From Desulfuromonadales bacterium (GTDB lineage: Bacteria > Desulfobacterota > Desulfuromonadia > Desulfuromonadales > JBFHXN01), in assembly GCA_041598955.1 (NCBI GenBank), contig JBFHXN010000001.1:1-39693 (forward strand): a stretch of 39,693 nt of DNA, written 5' to 3'. This document shows, in pieces, positions 15,534 through 24,286 of this stretch. Under the pieces are notes generated by a model. It ran no database searches. It had not been told where the DNA came from and was given only the letters and a program-made list of their open reading frames with translations. Each line of letters begins with the position of its first letter. Position 1 is the stretch's first letter. Both the position numbers and the translations under genes were made by a program.

Positions 15534-17905
15534 TTCACCCCTCCCCGGTGAAGCGCCGGGATCACCAGCAACGCCGCCGGGATGGCGGCGCCGATCCCAA
15601 GCAGCACCGTAACCCCGATGGAATGCAGGGCGGGATGACGGGCCAGCACCAGGGCCCCGAAACCGGCCAGGGTCGTCAGGCCCGAAACCAGCACCGCCCG
15701 ATCGACGGATCGATTCATCCCCTGCGCCAGCTTGCAGACCATGAAGATTCCGTAGTCGACCCCCAGGCCGATGACGAGAATGGTGGCGACGACATTGAAG
15801 AGGGTAAAATCCAGACCCAGCGCCCCCATGGCCCCGAACATCACGGCCAGGCCCGTGCCGACGGGAACCAGGGCCAGAAGAACCTTGCCCGGGGACCGGA
15901 AGAGCCAAACGAGAAGCAGGGTCACGGCCAGGGAGGCCAGGGCGATGAATTGAAAGAAATCCCGACCGATGGCCCTCCCGACCTCTTGGCGGAAGCGGCT
16001 CTGGCTGACGAGTCTCCATGCCGGGTCGGCCTTTTCACCCTCCTCGACGATGGCAGCCACCTCGGCGGTGTCGGGGACCATGCTGAGAATCCGCACCATC
16101 CCCTCCTCCTCGAGAATCATGGCTTGCAGCAGCTCGCCCAAGCCGGCGGCGGTGAGGGCCTCGGCGGTCACCGGCGGCGGACTTTGCCCAAGCCCCTCGA
16201 GAAAGGGGGTGAAAGCGGCGGCGGAGAAGCCGAGGGTCTCGGCCTTTTGACTCAACTGACGCTTCGCCCGGGCTCCAGCCTCTCCCTGCCAGTAACCGTG
16301 CCATCGGGTACGATTGGCGGATTGGGTCGCCTCGGAGGGGAACAGGGGGGCCAGGCTGACAATTTGACCGGCCGGCAGGGAGGCCGAAAGACTCTCAAAA
16401 AGGCGGTCGTTGGCCGCCAGGGCAGACTGCAGACTCTCCCCTTCGGAAAAAATGAGGGCCTTGCCGCGCAAATCCCCCCAGGTCTCGCCAAGCTGTGCCT
16501 CGGCGGCAGCAAGCTCATCGGGGACCAGGCTCAGGGTGCGCAGGTCGCCGTTGAAATGAAGGCTGCTTCCCTGCCAGAGAGACAGCACCAGCAGCAGCCC
16601 CCAGACCAGGAGAATGGGGCGGCGACCTCGGTTGGCGGACGAAGATGCATCCTCCGGAGCCCGATCAGGCCCCTGGGTCGCCGGCACCAGATGCGGCAAC
16701 ACCACGAGGGAGAGAAGCAGCGAGACCGTCAGCCCGACGATGGCAAAGACCGCCAGCTGTCGCTGCCCGGGAAGATCGGAAAAGAGCAGGACGGCAAAGG
16801 CGGCCACCGTCGTCAGGCCTCCGAAGACCACCGGACGGGCCACTTCGCCCACGATCTTATCGGGTTCGGCCCCGCCCTGGCGCAGGGCGAAATAGGTATG
16901 CAGGGCGTAGTCGACCGAAATCCCGAGCAGGACGGCCCCGAAACCAATGGTGACCGCCGATACCGAGGGGTAGACCAGCGAGACCGCCACGGCCGCCAGG
17001 CAAAGGACCGAAAAGGGGATGAGAAAAACGAAAATCGCCCGCCAGTGCCTCAGATAAAGAAGAAAGAGGGCGAGAATCGCGAGGGAGGAGGCACTGAGGA
17101 TGACCAGGAGGTCCTTCTTGATCGCCTCGGCGTTGGCCAGGGTATAGCGATGCCCACTGACCAGGGTGGCCTTTATGGAAGGGGGCAGCTTGCCCGCAGC
17201 CTCCTCGAACTCGGCGAGAAGCTTTCCTGCTCCGGCCGAATCGGTAATCGCGACGGGCGTCTCTGCAATCAGCAGCGAATGTCGTCCGTCGGCGCTGACA
17301 AAATGTCCCCCCTCCAGGCGCACCTTGGGGATGAGATTGACATGCCCCATCTTTTCCAGCGAAAGCTTGTGAAGGGCGAGGGGGTCTTTGCGGATGAGCC
17401 CCTTGAGGGCCCAGCCTTCAGGGGACAGAAGCTGCCGATAGCTCTCGGAAAGACGCTCTCCGACCCCCCCCTCATCGAGATCGGCGGCCAGCCTCGACAG
17501 GTCCCCATCGGTGAAGAGGCTTGGCAGGGCCTCGCTCAGCCAGGGCAAAAGACGCTCCCCCCCGAGGCCTGCGGGGCCGGTCACCACACGATTGAACAAG
17601 GGAGAGGAGAGAGAGTCGGCCAGCCGGTCCGCCGACTCTCCAAGGAGGACCCTGCCCGCCTCGTCCCTGGCTTCCAGATCGATGACAACCTTGCGCAGCA
17701 TGGGGGCACGCTGCAGCAGGCGAAAATCGACGGATACCGAGGAGTCGTCATCGGGGAGCATCGACTCGATGTTCTCCTCCATCCGCACCCCCTGGAAACC
17801 CAGAACGCTCGCCAGCAACAGGACCACCGTGCCGGCAAGGAGCGAGCGCCTTCGGCGGGAGAAGAAGCGGTAAGTTGTCGAGAAAACCCCGTTGACGTCC
17901 ATCAC
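15530..17905 (-). CDS. MMPL/RND-superfamily membrane exporter (two 6-TM bundles with periplasmic loops)
   Basis: 791 aa. Two hydrophobic blocks at roughly residues 270-420 and 640-790 are separated by soluble domains. This is typical of the predicted-exporter gene of APE clusters. Confidence 0.85.
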   Translation of the reverse strand: MMDVNGVFSTTYRFFSRRRRSLLAGTVVLLLASVLGFQGVRMEENIESMLPDDDSSVSVDFRLLQRAPMLRKVVIDLEARDEAGRVLLGESADRLADSLSSPLFNRVVTGPAGLGGERLLPWLSEALPSLFTDGDLSRLAADLDEGGVGERLSESYRQLLSPEGWALKGLIRKDPLALHKLSLEKMGHVNLIPKVRLEGGHFVSADGRHSLLIAETPVAITDSAGAGKLLAEFEEAAGKLPPSIKATLVSGHRYTLANAEAIKKDLLVILSASSLAILALFLLYLRHWRAIFVFLIPFSVLCLAAVAVSLVYPSVSAVTIGFGAVLLGISVDYALHTYFALRQGGAEPDKIVGEVARPVVFGGLTTVAAFAVLLFSDLPGQRQLAVFAIVGLTVSLLLSLVVLPHLVPATQGPDRAPEDASSSANRGRRPILLVWGLLLVLSLWQGSSLHFNGDLRTLSLVPDELAAAEAQLGETWGDLRGKALIFSEGESLQSALAANDRLFESLSASLPAGQIVSLAPLFPSEATQSANRTRWHGYWQGEAGARAKRQLSQKAETLGFSAAAFTPFLEGLGQSPPPVTAEALTAAGLGELLQAMILEEEGMVRILSMVPDTAEVAAIVEEGEKADPAWRLVSQSRFRQEVGRAIGRDFFQFIALASLAVTLLLVWLFRSPGKVLLALVPVGTGLAVMFGAMGALGLDFTLFNVVATILVIGLGVDYGIFMVCKLAQGMNRSVDRAVLVSGLTTLAGFGALVLARHPALHSIGVTVLLGIGAAIPAALLVIPALHRGGVK

Positions 17906-17908
17906 TCT

Positions 17909-18529
17909 CTAGAACAGATCCCCGGCAAGCGGTTTATTGAGCATCGTATTCTCAAAACGGATGCGGGTGAAATCCCCGTCCTTCTCATGAACCTCCACCA
18001 CCTGGACGTGCCGGCCATCGGCCGAAAAGACGATCTGGAGGTGGTCAAGAAAATTGGCGGCGACGGTGGTCGGCTCGAGCCGCAGTTTCACCGGGGTCTC
18101 ATCGAGCAGAACGATGCGATATTCCTTGCGCAGCGATGTGAAATCGGCCCGGGTCCAGGCGAGGAGTTGGGCGGCGACGATTTTCATCACCGGCTCGCGA
18201 CTGATGTCGAAGGCTTCGGTTTCACCGGTGCGGCTGTGCCAGCGCCGCCCGGTTTGCCCGTTGAGAACGAAGCCCGCCTGCACAGGCAGGGTGAGCTCCC
18301 AGCGCAGCCGATCCTCCCGGGCAAAATAAAAACGTCCCCGGGAGACCAACACTTCCCGGAAAACCGTCAGGTGCTTTTCCTGAACGAAATCGCTCTCCAG
18401 AGTCTGCACGCCCGAGGCCAGTTTCTCGATCCGCGCCAGAAGCGGGTCAAGAGACCCGGAAGCCGCCGCCGGAAAGGGTCCGCCCATGGCGAAAAAAAAC
18501 ATCAGAGTCGTCGCTGCGAATCGTCTCAT
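17909..18529 (-). CDS. LolA-like outer-membrane lipoprotein carrier family protein
   Basis: Signal peptide MRRFAATTLMFFFAMGGPFPAAASG. LESDFVQEKHLTVFREVLVSRGRFYF is the LolA-fold signature region. The ATG at 18529 forms an ATGA overlap with the upstream stop. Confidence 0.75.
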   Translation of the reverse strand: MRRFAATTLMFFFAMGGPFPAAASGSLDPLLARIEKLASGVQTLESDFVQEKHLTVFREVLVSRGRFYFAREDRLRWELTLPVQAGFVLNGQTGRRWHSRTGETEAFDISREPVMKIVAAQLLAWTRADFTSLRKEYRIVLLDETPVKLRLEPTTVAANFLDHLQIVFSADGRHVQVVEVHEKDGDFTRIRFENTMLNKPLAGDLF

Positions 18530-18984
18530 TCCCTGCTCTGCTCCTTCTGGGGGACCGGGGGCACCCAAAGCTTGAGGGTTCCGGTGGCGAGCACCTCATC
18601 ACCCCTTCTGACCTCCCCCTCGGCGATGGCAAAACCCTCGATGCTCGCCACGGTCCGGATCGAAACCTCGAGACGGTCGCCCAACCGGGCCCTTCCCTGC
18701 AGATGCGAGCGGCGGATCCCCACCAGAAAGCCCTGGCCCACCTCCCCGCCCCGCTGAAGATCTGAGTACCCCTTCACAGCGGCATAGGCCTGGGCGAGGA
18801 TTTCGAGCATCGCAACCTCGTCGAGATAGCCACCGGCATCCAGAAAGAGATGGCCGGCCGCCACCTCCGCCTCGACCGTCCCCCCCCCATCGGCAAAGCT
18901 CAGCAGACGATCGACCAGACGCATGGGGAGGCGGTGGGGAATCAGCGACTCAGCCGGGATCGGCAAGGTCGTCTCAACTGCCAT
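18526..18984 (-). CDS. hotdog-fold dehydratase (APE-cluster ApeI-type 3-hydroxyacyl-ACP dehydratase-like)
   Basis: LIPHRLPMRLVDRLL at the N-terminus and a size of about 150 aa match the second dehydratase type found in aryl-polyene clusters. Confidence 0.7.
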   Translation of the reverse strand: MAVETTLPIPAESLIPHRLPMRLVDRLLSFADGGGTVEAEVAAGHLFLDAGGYLDEVAMLEILAQAYAAVKGYSDLQRGGEVGQGFLVGIRRSHLQGRARLGDRLEVSIRTVASIEGFAIAEGEVRRGDEVLATGTLKLWVPPVPQKEQSRE

Positions 18985-19017
18985 GGGGCCCTCCAGAATC
19001 GTTGGCCGGCGATCCGG

Positions 19018-20604
19018 CTACAGCCAGTAAACCTGAAGATCGTCGAAGATCTGACTGGAAAAAAGGAGCTTGCGGAACTTCACAAGATCCTCGTGGAAGA
19101 TTCGCTCGTTGTCGTAGACGGAAAACTCCCGTGCCAGGATTTCGTAGATACGTCCGATTCCAGTTCCCAACCCCGCCGCATTGCGGAAGGAGAGGGCCTG
19201 AAGGTCGGTCAGGATCTCGAGGGTCAGAATGTGCTTGGCGTTGCTGACCGCGCGGAAGGCCTTGCGGGCTGCCACCGTCCCCATGCTCACCACATCCTGG
19301 TTGGACGCGTTGCAGGAGATGGAGTTGGTGCTCACCGGCCCTGCGAGTTGCCGGTTTTCCGCGGTGGTGGAGGTCGCCAGATACTGGGCACCCATGAAAC
19401 CCATGGTCAGACCGAGGGTCCCGGGGATCAAGAACTCTGGCAACCCCTCGTTGAGATGCTTGTCGAGGAACTTGTTGGTGCGCCGCTCCGATATGTTGCA
19501 CAGGGTGGAGATGGCAATACACAGGGAATCCATGACAAAACCGATGCTCTGGCCATGAAAATTGCCGCCATGAATGATCTTTTTCTTCTCGGGGATGATG
19601 ATGGGATTGTCGTTGGAGGAGTTGGCCTCGGTTTCCACGGTACGCGTGGCGGCCGCGATCGCCTCTGCCACCGGCGCGAGTACCTGGGGGGTGCAGCGCA
19701 CCGAATAGACATCCTGGACGTTGATGTCCGTCTCGAAGACCGGCCCGCCTTTCTGCTGCTTGCGGATGCGCTCGTGCATGTTGGCCCGCAGGGTGATGTT
19801 TTTTGACCCGTGGTAGAGGTTGCGGATCGTCTGCGCGATCTCGACCTGACCGGCATGGGGCTTGACCAGATGCAGATCCTCGTCGAAGGCGTCGTCGATT
19901 CCACCGAAGATCTCCAGTGCAAAGGCACCGGTCACGCAACTGATCCGCAGAAGTTTCTTGGCGCCGAAGAGGGCGAAGGCGGCAAGGGCGGTCATGGCGC
20001 TGGTGCCGTTCATCAGGGCGATCCCCTCCTTGAAGGAGAGACGCATCGGAGACAGGCCGAGGGAGGCATACACCTCCGCAGCCCCGCGCAGCTCACCCTG
20101 GTAGAAGACCTTCCCCTCGCCGATGATCCCCAGGGACATGTGCGCCAGGTGAATGAGATCTCCGGAGGCTCCGACGCTGCCGCATTCGGGAATGTACGGG
20201 GCGATGCCGCGGTTGATCATCTCCTGCATGAAGTGAAGCAGTTCGAGGCGAACACCGCTGTATCCCTTGACCAGGGTATTGAGGCGCACCACCAGGACGG
20301 CCAAGGCGATGTAAGGCTTGAGGGGATTGCCGAGGCCGGCGGCGTGGCTGCGGATCAGGTTGACCTGCAGGGCCTGGATCTCGTTGTCTTCGATGATCTT
20401 GTTGCACATCGGCCCAAAGGAGGTGTTGACGCCGTAGATGATGCGCCGTGCCCTTACCTCCTCTTCCAGAAACTGCCGGCTGGCCCGACAACGCTCGAGC
20501 GCGGCGGCATCGAGGGCCACCTGCTTGTCCCCCACCCCGATGGCGACGATATCTTCGATGGTCAGGTCATTTCCGTTCAAAACGACGGTCGGACGCTCAG
20601 ACAT
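19018..20604 (-). CDS. MIO-dependent aromatic amino acid/histidine ammonia-lyase family enzyme (HAL/PAL/TAL)
   Basis: GSVGASGDL is the Ala-Ser-Gly MIO-forming triad. YGVNTSFG, MNGT, DVYSVRCTPQV and GGNFHG are all family-conserved blocks. 528 aa. Confidence 0.95.
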   Translation of the reverse strand: MSERPTVVLNGNDLTIEDIVAIGVGDKQVALDAAALERCRASRQFLEEEVRARRIIYGVNTSFGPMCNKIIEDNEIQALQVNLIRSHAAGLGNPLKPYIALAVLVVRLNTLVKGYSGVRLELLHFMQEMINRGIAPYIPECGSVGASGDLIHLAHMSLGIIGEGKVFYQGELRGAAEVYASLGLSPMRLSFKEGIALMNGTSAMTALAAFALFGAKKLLRISCVTGAFALEIFGGIDDAFDEDLHLVKPHAGQVEIAQTIRNLYHGSKNITLRANMHERIRKQQKGGPVFETDINVQDVYSVRCTPQVLAPVAEAIAAATRTVETEANSSNDNPIIIPEKKKIIHGGNFHGQSIGFVMDSLCIAISTLCNISERRTNKFLDKHLNEGLPEFLIPGTLGLTMGFMGAQYLATSTTAENRQLAGPVSTNSISCNASNQDVVSMGTVAARKAFRAVSNAKHILTLEILTDLQALSFRNAAGLGTGIGRIYEILAREFSVYDNERIFHEDLVKFRKLLFSSQIFDDLQVYWL

Positions 20605-20652
20605 GGTTTTTGTAGTCCTTGTAAGTTGAATGATTCGAGCCGCCTCGCCAGG

Positions 20653-21969
20653 TCACGGCTGGACTGCGGAACGGCGATAGTCGAAAAAGATGACGGGTTT
20701 GCGCTTTTCTCCCTGAAGGGTGCGTCGCGCGACTTCTTCGGGGGTAGTGAGGACGACCTCGGGTTTGAAGCGGATGCGGGCGGCGATCCTCTCGGCGACC
20801 GCCTCGGCGTTGAGTCCCGGCTCCCGGGTTCCCGCCACCACGCGGATGCGGTCGGATAGCTCGAATTCGTCATAGACCTCGAGAAAGTAGCCCTCGATCC
20901 CCTTCAGTTCCTGAAGAACCGAGAAAATGGCCGGAGGATAGACGGTGGTCCCTCGGCATTTGAGCATCTGCGCCTTGCGCCCCAGGACCGGCCCCAGCCG
21001 GGGGGTACGACGGCCGCAGGAACAGGTCTCGGCGTGCAGGGTGGCGATATCTCCAGTTCTGTATCGCAGCAGCGGCATCCCCGTGACCCGCAGGGGGGTT
21101 GCAACCACTTCTCCGGGCTCCCCCGGAGGCAGCTCACGCCCCTGCTCGTCGACCACTTCGACAACAGCCAGCTCGGGGTGGAGATGCCCGCCCCTCCCCT
21201 CGACGCAGTCGGTAAAGGCCGTGGCCATTTCGGTGCTGGCGTAGGTGCCGTAGATCTGCGCTCCCCATTGCTCCTGCAGCCGTACTCCGAGGGCCGACAG
21301 AGAAAGGTCGGCCGACCTCACCGGCTCGCCGATGCAAATGAGCCTCCCCACTCCAAGCCTCGCGGGGTCAACCCCTTCCTCCCTGAGACGGGTGCCCAGA
21401 AGAGCGAGCAAGGAGGGGACTCCGACCATGGCCGTGGGCTCGTAGCGGCGAACCATTTCACCCAGCATGGGAACGCTGCTTGAGCCGCCCCGGATCGCCA
21501 TCGCCCCGATCCGGGCCAGGCCGAGAAAATAGGCGAGTCCGGCCATGAAACAGCGATCGAGGGTGGCGGCGATCAGAACTCGGTCATCCTGACCGAGTCC
21601 GGCGCACCGAAAGGAAACCTCCTCGTTGAAAGCGACCCGCTCCAGATCCTGCCGGGTCTGCATCATGGCCACCGGCTTGCCGGTGGTCCCCGAGGTCAGA
21701 CAGAGATCGACGATCTCTTCCCTGCCGGTGCACAAAAGCTCCTCGTTCCAATTTTCGAGATCGGACTTGGTCGTGAAAGGGAGCAGCGAAATCTCGGAGA
21801 CCCCCCCGATGGCCTCCGGGTCGATGCCCTGGGCGGCGAAGATCCTCCGATAGTAGGGAGAATTCTCTGCCAGGTAGCGAAGGTGCCGCCGGAACAGTTC
21901 GTCCTGCCGCTCGCGAAGGCCATCCCCCGGGGATGCTTCCAGATGAAAGGTCCGCTGAGCGTCAAACAT
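20653..21969 (-). CDS. PaaK/coenzyme F390 synthetase-like adenylate-forming ligase (aryl/acyl-CoA or -ACP ligase)
   Basis: TSGTTGKP adenylation motif, YRTGD-like RYRTGDIA, length about 440 aa, PaaK-type N-terminus (YYRRIF...). Confidence 0.85.
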   Translation of the reverse strand: MFDAQRTFHLEASPGDGLRERQDELFRRHLRYLAENSPYYRRIFAAQGIDPEAIGGVSEISLLPFTTKSDLENWNEELLCTGREEIVDLCLTSGTTGKPVAMMQTRQDLERVAFNEEVSFRCAGLGQDDRVLIAATLDRCFMAGLAYFLGLARIGAMAIRGGSSSVPMLGEMVRRYEPTAMVGVPSLLALLGTRLREEGVDPARLGVGRLICIGEPVRSADLSLSALGVRLQEQWGAQIYGTYASTEMATAFTDCVEGRGGHLHPELAVVEVVDEQGRELPPGEPGEVVATPLRVTGMPLLRYRTGDIATLHAETCSCGRRTPRLGPVLGRKAQMLKCRGTTVYPPAIFSVLQELKGIEGYFLEVYDEFELSDRIRVVAGTREPGLNAEAVAERIAARIRFKPEVVLTTPEEVARRTLQGEKRKPVIFFDYRRSAVQP

Positions 21970-21981
21970 GGCAACCGGCCC

Positions 21982-22794
21982 TCACCCCTCCTGCCCGAGG
22001 CGCATTTCAGCAAGGTTGCGGGCGATCATTTCCTTGACCTTCTTCCTCATCCGCACATGCCCCTCTGGGCCAGGAAAATCCCCGGGATCGACGGGTTCCA
22101 GAGCGCGCAGGGTCACCGCGGCCGGCCGCAGCCAGAAACGGCCGGGGGGGAGCAGGGTGTCGGTGCCGGTGATGCACAGGGGCACCACCGGGCGCCCCGT
22201 TTCGACGGCAAGCCGAAAAGCGCCGCTGTAGAAGTGCTGCAGCTGCCCGTCCCGACTGCGGTGCCCTTCAGGGAAAAAGAGTACCGAGCCCCCCTCCTCC
22301 AGGATCCGCCGGCCGCTCCGGGAAATCTCCTCCCACTCCCAACTCTCCACGTTGAGGTACTCCGCCAGGCGCATGAAATAGGAGTACCAGAACATCCTGA
22401 AGGGCCACGCCCGAACCGCAAAGGCGACGTCGAAAAGGGGGAGCAGGGCCATGCAGTAGGTGTCGAAGAAGGAGAGATGGTTGATGACCAGGATCCCCGG
22501 GCCGGGGTTCCACCCCCTGGGAAACCCCTCCCTGCGAAAGCGGACGAAGGGGGACATGATGACCATCCACCCCCGGCCGTAGATCCAGATGAAATGCCGC
22601 ATGATCCTTCCCGGACTCCACCCTGTCACCACTTTCCAGAGCCCGAAGCCCAAAGGGAAGAGGATCACGCCGAGCAGAGTCCAGAGGGCTATGAGGGGAA
22701 AGGCCGCCAGGTTCATCGCAAGGAAGACCGGCCGGGCGAACAGTTTCTTTTTCACGCAGACCTTGTTGACTTGGAAGGCTTCGACCCGGGGCAC
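21982..22794 (-). CDS. PlsC-type 1-acyl-sn-glycerol-3-phosphate/lysophospholipid acyltransferase
   Basis: N-terminal TM helices, H-x4-D motif NHLSFFD, FPEGHRSRDG block. Confidence 0.85.
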   Translation of the reverse strand: MPRVEAFQVNKVCVKKKLFARPVFLAMNLAAFPLIALWTLLGVILFPLGFGLWKVVTGWSPGRIMRHFIWIYGRGWMVIMSPFVRFRREGFPRGWNPGPGILVINHLSFFDTYCMALLPLFDVAFAVRAWPFRMFWYSYFMRLAEYLNVESWEWEEISRSGRRILEEGGSVLFFPEGHRSRDGQLQHFYSGAFRLAVETGRPVVPLCITGTDTLLPPGRFWLRPAAVTLRALEPVDPGDFPGPEGHVRMRKKVKEMIARNLAEMRLGQEG

Positions 22795-23058
22795 TTAGGC
22801 CTTCTTTTCCAGCTGACGCTTCTTGTCGATGACGAAACGGTGAATGTCGCCGAGGGTGCGGATTTCGCGGATGGCTTCCTCTTCGCGGATCTTGAACCCG
22901 AAGGCCCCCTCGAGGACGATGACCATATCGACGGTATCGAGGCTGTCGAGTCCGAGGTCGTCGTAAAGGGTGGTGTCGGGTGTCATCTCAGAGAGCTCGA
23001 GCTCGAACTCCTCGGCCAGCGAGGTGTTGATCCGTTCAACGATTTGCTGATCAGTCAT
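22795..23058 (-). CDS. acyl carrier protein
   Basis: LGLDSLDTVDMV phosphopantetheine attachment motif. 87 aa. Confidence 0.9.
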   Translation of the reverse strand: MTDQQIVERINTSLAEEFELELSEMTPDTTLYDDLGLDSLDTVDMVIVLEGAFGFKIREEEAIREIRTLGDIHRFVIDKKRQLEKKA

Positions 23059-24286
23059 GAAGGTATCTCCTTAATACGATCGATGAATTGACGCCGCCGA
23101 GGGCGAAGTTGTTTTTGATAACCGCATTGACCGGCCCCTTTTCCACCTGCCGCAGATAGTTCAGGGGGCTGCAGGCCGGGTCGACATTGTGCAGGTTGAG
23201 TGTGGGGACAAGGGCGCCGCGGCGCATCATCTCGACACTGGCCAGCAACTCGATGGACCCGCTGGCCGCCATGGTATGTCCCATATGTCCCTTGAGGCTG
23301 CTGACAGGCACCCGGGACCCGAAGATGGCGTAAATGGCCTCGCTCTCCGCCACGTCACCCTGCTCGGTCGCCGTGGCGTGGGCATTGACGTAATCGACCT
23401 CGTCTGCCGCCATGCCAGCCTCGGCCAGCGCCAGACGCATGCAGCGCTCCATCGCTTCGGCATTGGGGTTGGCGATGTTGGTCGGATCGGAAATGGTGGC
23501 AAAACCGACGACCTCTGCGAGGATCGGCACCTCTCGTGACAAGGCCGAATCGAGGGACTCGAGAAGGACAACGCCAGCCCCTTCGGCGCAGACCACGCCG
23601 TCGCGCTCCCGGTCGAAGGGGCGCGGGGTCTGGGTCGGGGAGTCGTTGAAGCGCAGGGAAGCGGCGTTCATGATGTCAAAGGTGGCGGCCGTCAGCGGGT
23701 GGAACTCGTCCGCCCCTCCGCAGAGCATCTGTTCCTGCCGCCCCAGGGCGATTGACTCGTAACCGTAACCGATGGCGTGACAGCCGGTGGAACATGCCGC
23801 CGAGGGGGCAAGGATGCGGCCGGTGATTCCCAGGGTCTGGGCCACGTTGGCGGCACAGGAATGGTTCATGATCTGGAAGAAGAAGGTCGACTTCATCCGC
23901 TCCAGGCTGTGATCGGTGAAAAAATCCCGGAAAAACTCTTCCGTCGTGCCGGTGCTCCCCACGGTGGACCCGATCGAAACCCCCAACCGTCCGCTGCCGC
24001 ACTCTTTCTCGGAAAAGCCTGCCTGGGCCAGGGCATCATGGCAGGCGAGGGTGGCATAGACCGACATGGGTGACATGGAGCGGCGAAACTTGCGGGGTAT
24101 TTCCTTCGGATCGATCCCCGGCACCAGGGCAGCCACCCTGGTGCGGAGGCCGCCGACCTGGTCGAGCTCGGGAATGTTTCTGACCGCGCTTCGCCCCTCC
24201 AGAAGGGCGTCGATCAACGTGTCCCCCCCCCGACCGAAGGGGGAGACCGAACCCATGCCAGTGATCACCACACGTTTCAGCGACAT
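23051..24286 (-). CDS. beta-ketoacyl-ACP synthase
   Basis: MSLKRVVITGMGSVSPFG start, Cys motif APSAACSTGCHAIG, His motifs NAHATATEQGD and GHTMAASG. The ATG at 24286 is preferred, because the track extension to 24532 is Arg/Gly/Pro-rich and lies inside the oxidoreductase gene. Confidence 0.9.
   Translation of the reverse strand: MSLKRVVITGMGSVSPFGRGGDTLIDALLEGRSAVRNIPELDQVGGLRTRVAALVPGIDPKEIPRKFRRSMSPMSVYATLACHDALAQAGFSEKECGSGRLGVSIGSTVGSTGTTEEFFRDFFTDHSLERMKSTFFFQIMNHSCAANVAQTLGITGRILAPSAACSTGCHAIGYGYESIALGRQEQMLCGGADEFHPLTAATFDIMNAASLRFNDSPTQTPRPFDRERDGVVCAEGAGVVLLESLDSALSREVPILAEVVGFATISDPTNIANPNAEAMERCMRLALAEAGMAADEVDYVNAHATATEQGDVAESEAIYAIFGSRVPVSSLKGHMGHTMAASGSIELLASVEMMRRGALVPTLNLHNVDPACSPLNYLRQVEKGPVNAVIKNNFALGGVNSSIVLRRYLHD

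Noticed and set aside
15548-18757. Very long plus-strand ORF (1069 aa) spanning three minus-strand genes. Similar long plus-strand ORFs occur at 355-1422, 5284-7017, 6815-8089, 8160-9518, 9560-10903, 10972-12225, 19810-20859, 21883-23091, 24313-25950, 26088-27044, 29724-30752, 34217-36121 and 36154-37956.
   Set aside because: They are antisense to ORFs with unmistakable conserved motifs. Their translations are low-complexity and Arg/Gly/Pro/Asp/His-rich with no recognisable domains. Stop-free antisense frames are expected in DNA of this G+C content.
19018-20604. Annotating the ammonia-lyase as housekeeping histidine ammonia-lyase HutH.
   Set aside because: Despite the Ser-His motif, there are no hutU, hutI or hutG neighbours. 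The gene is embedded between a dehydratase and an adenylating ligase in a PKS-like operon, and the NQEDH block typical of HAL is altered. I kept it at family level only.
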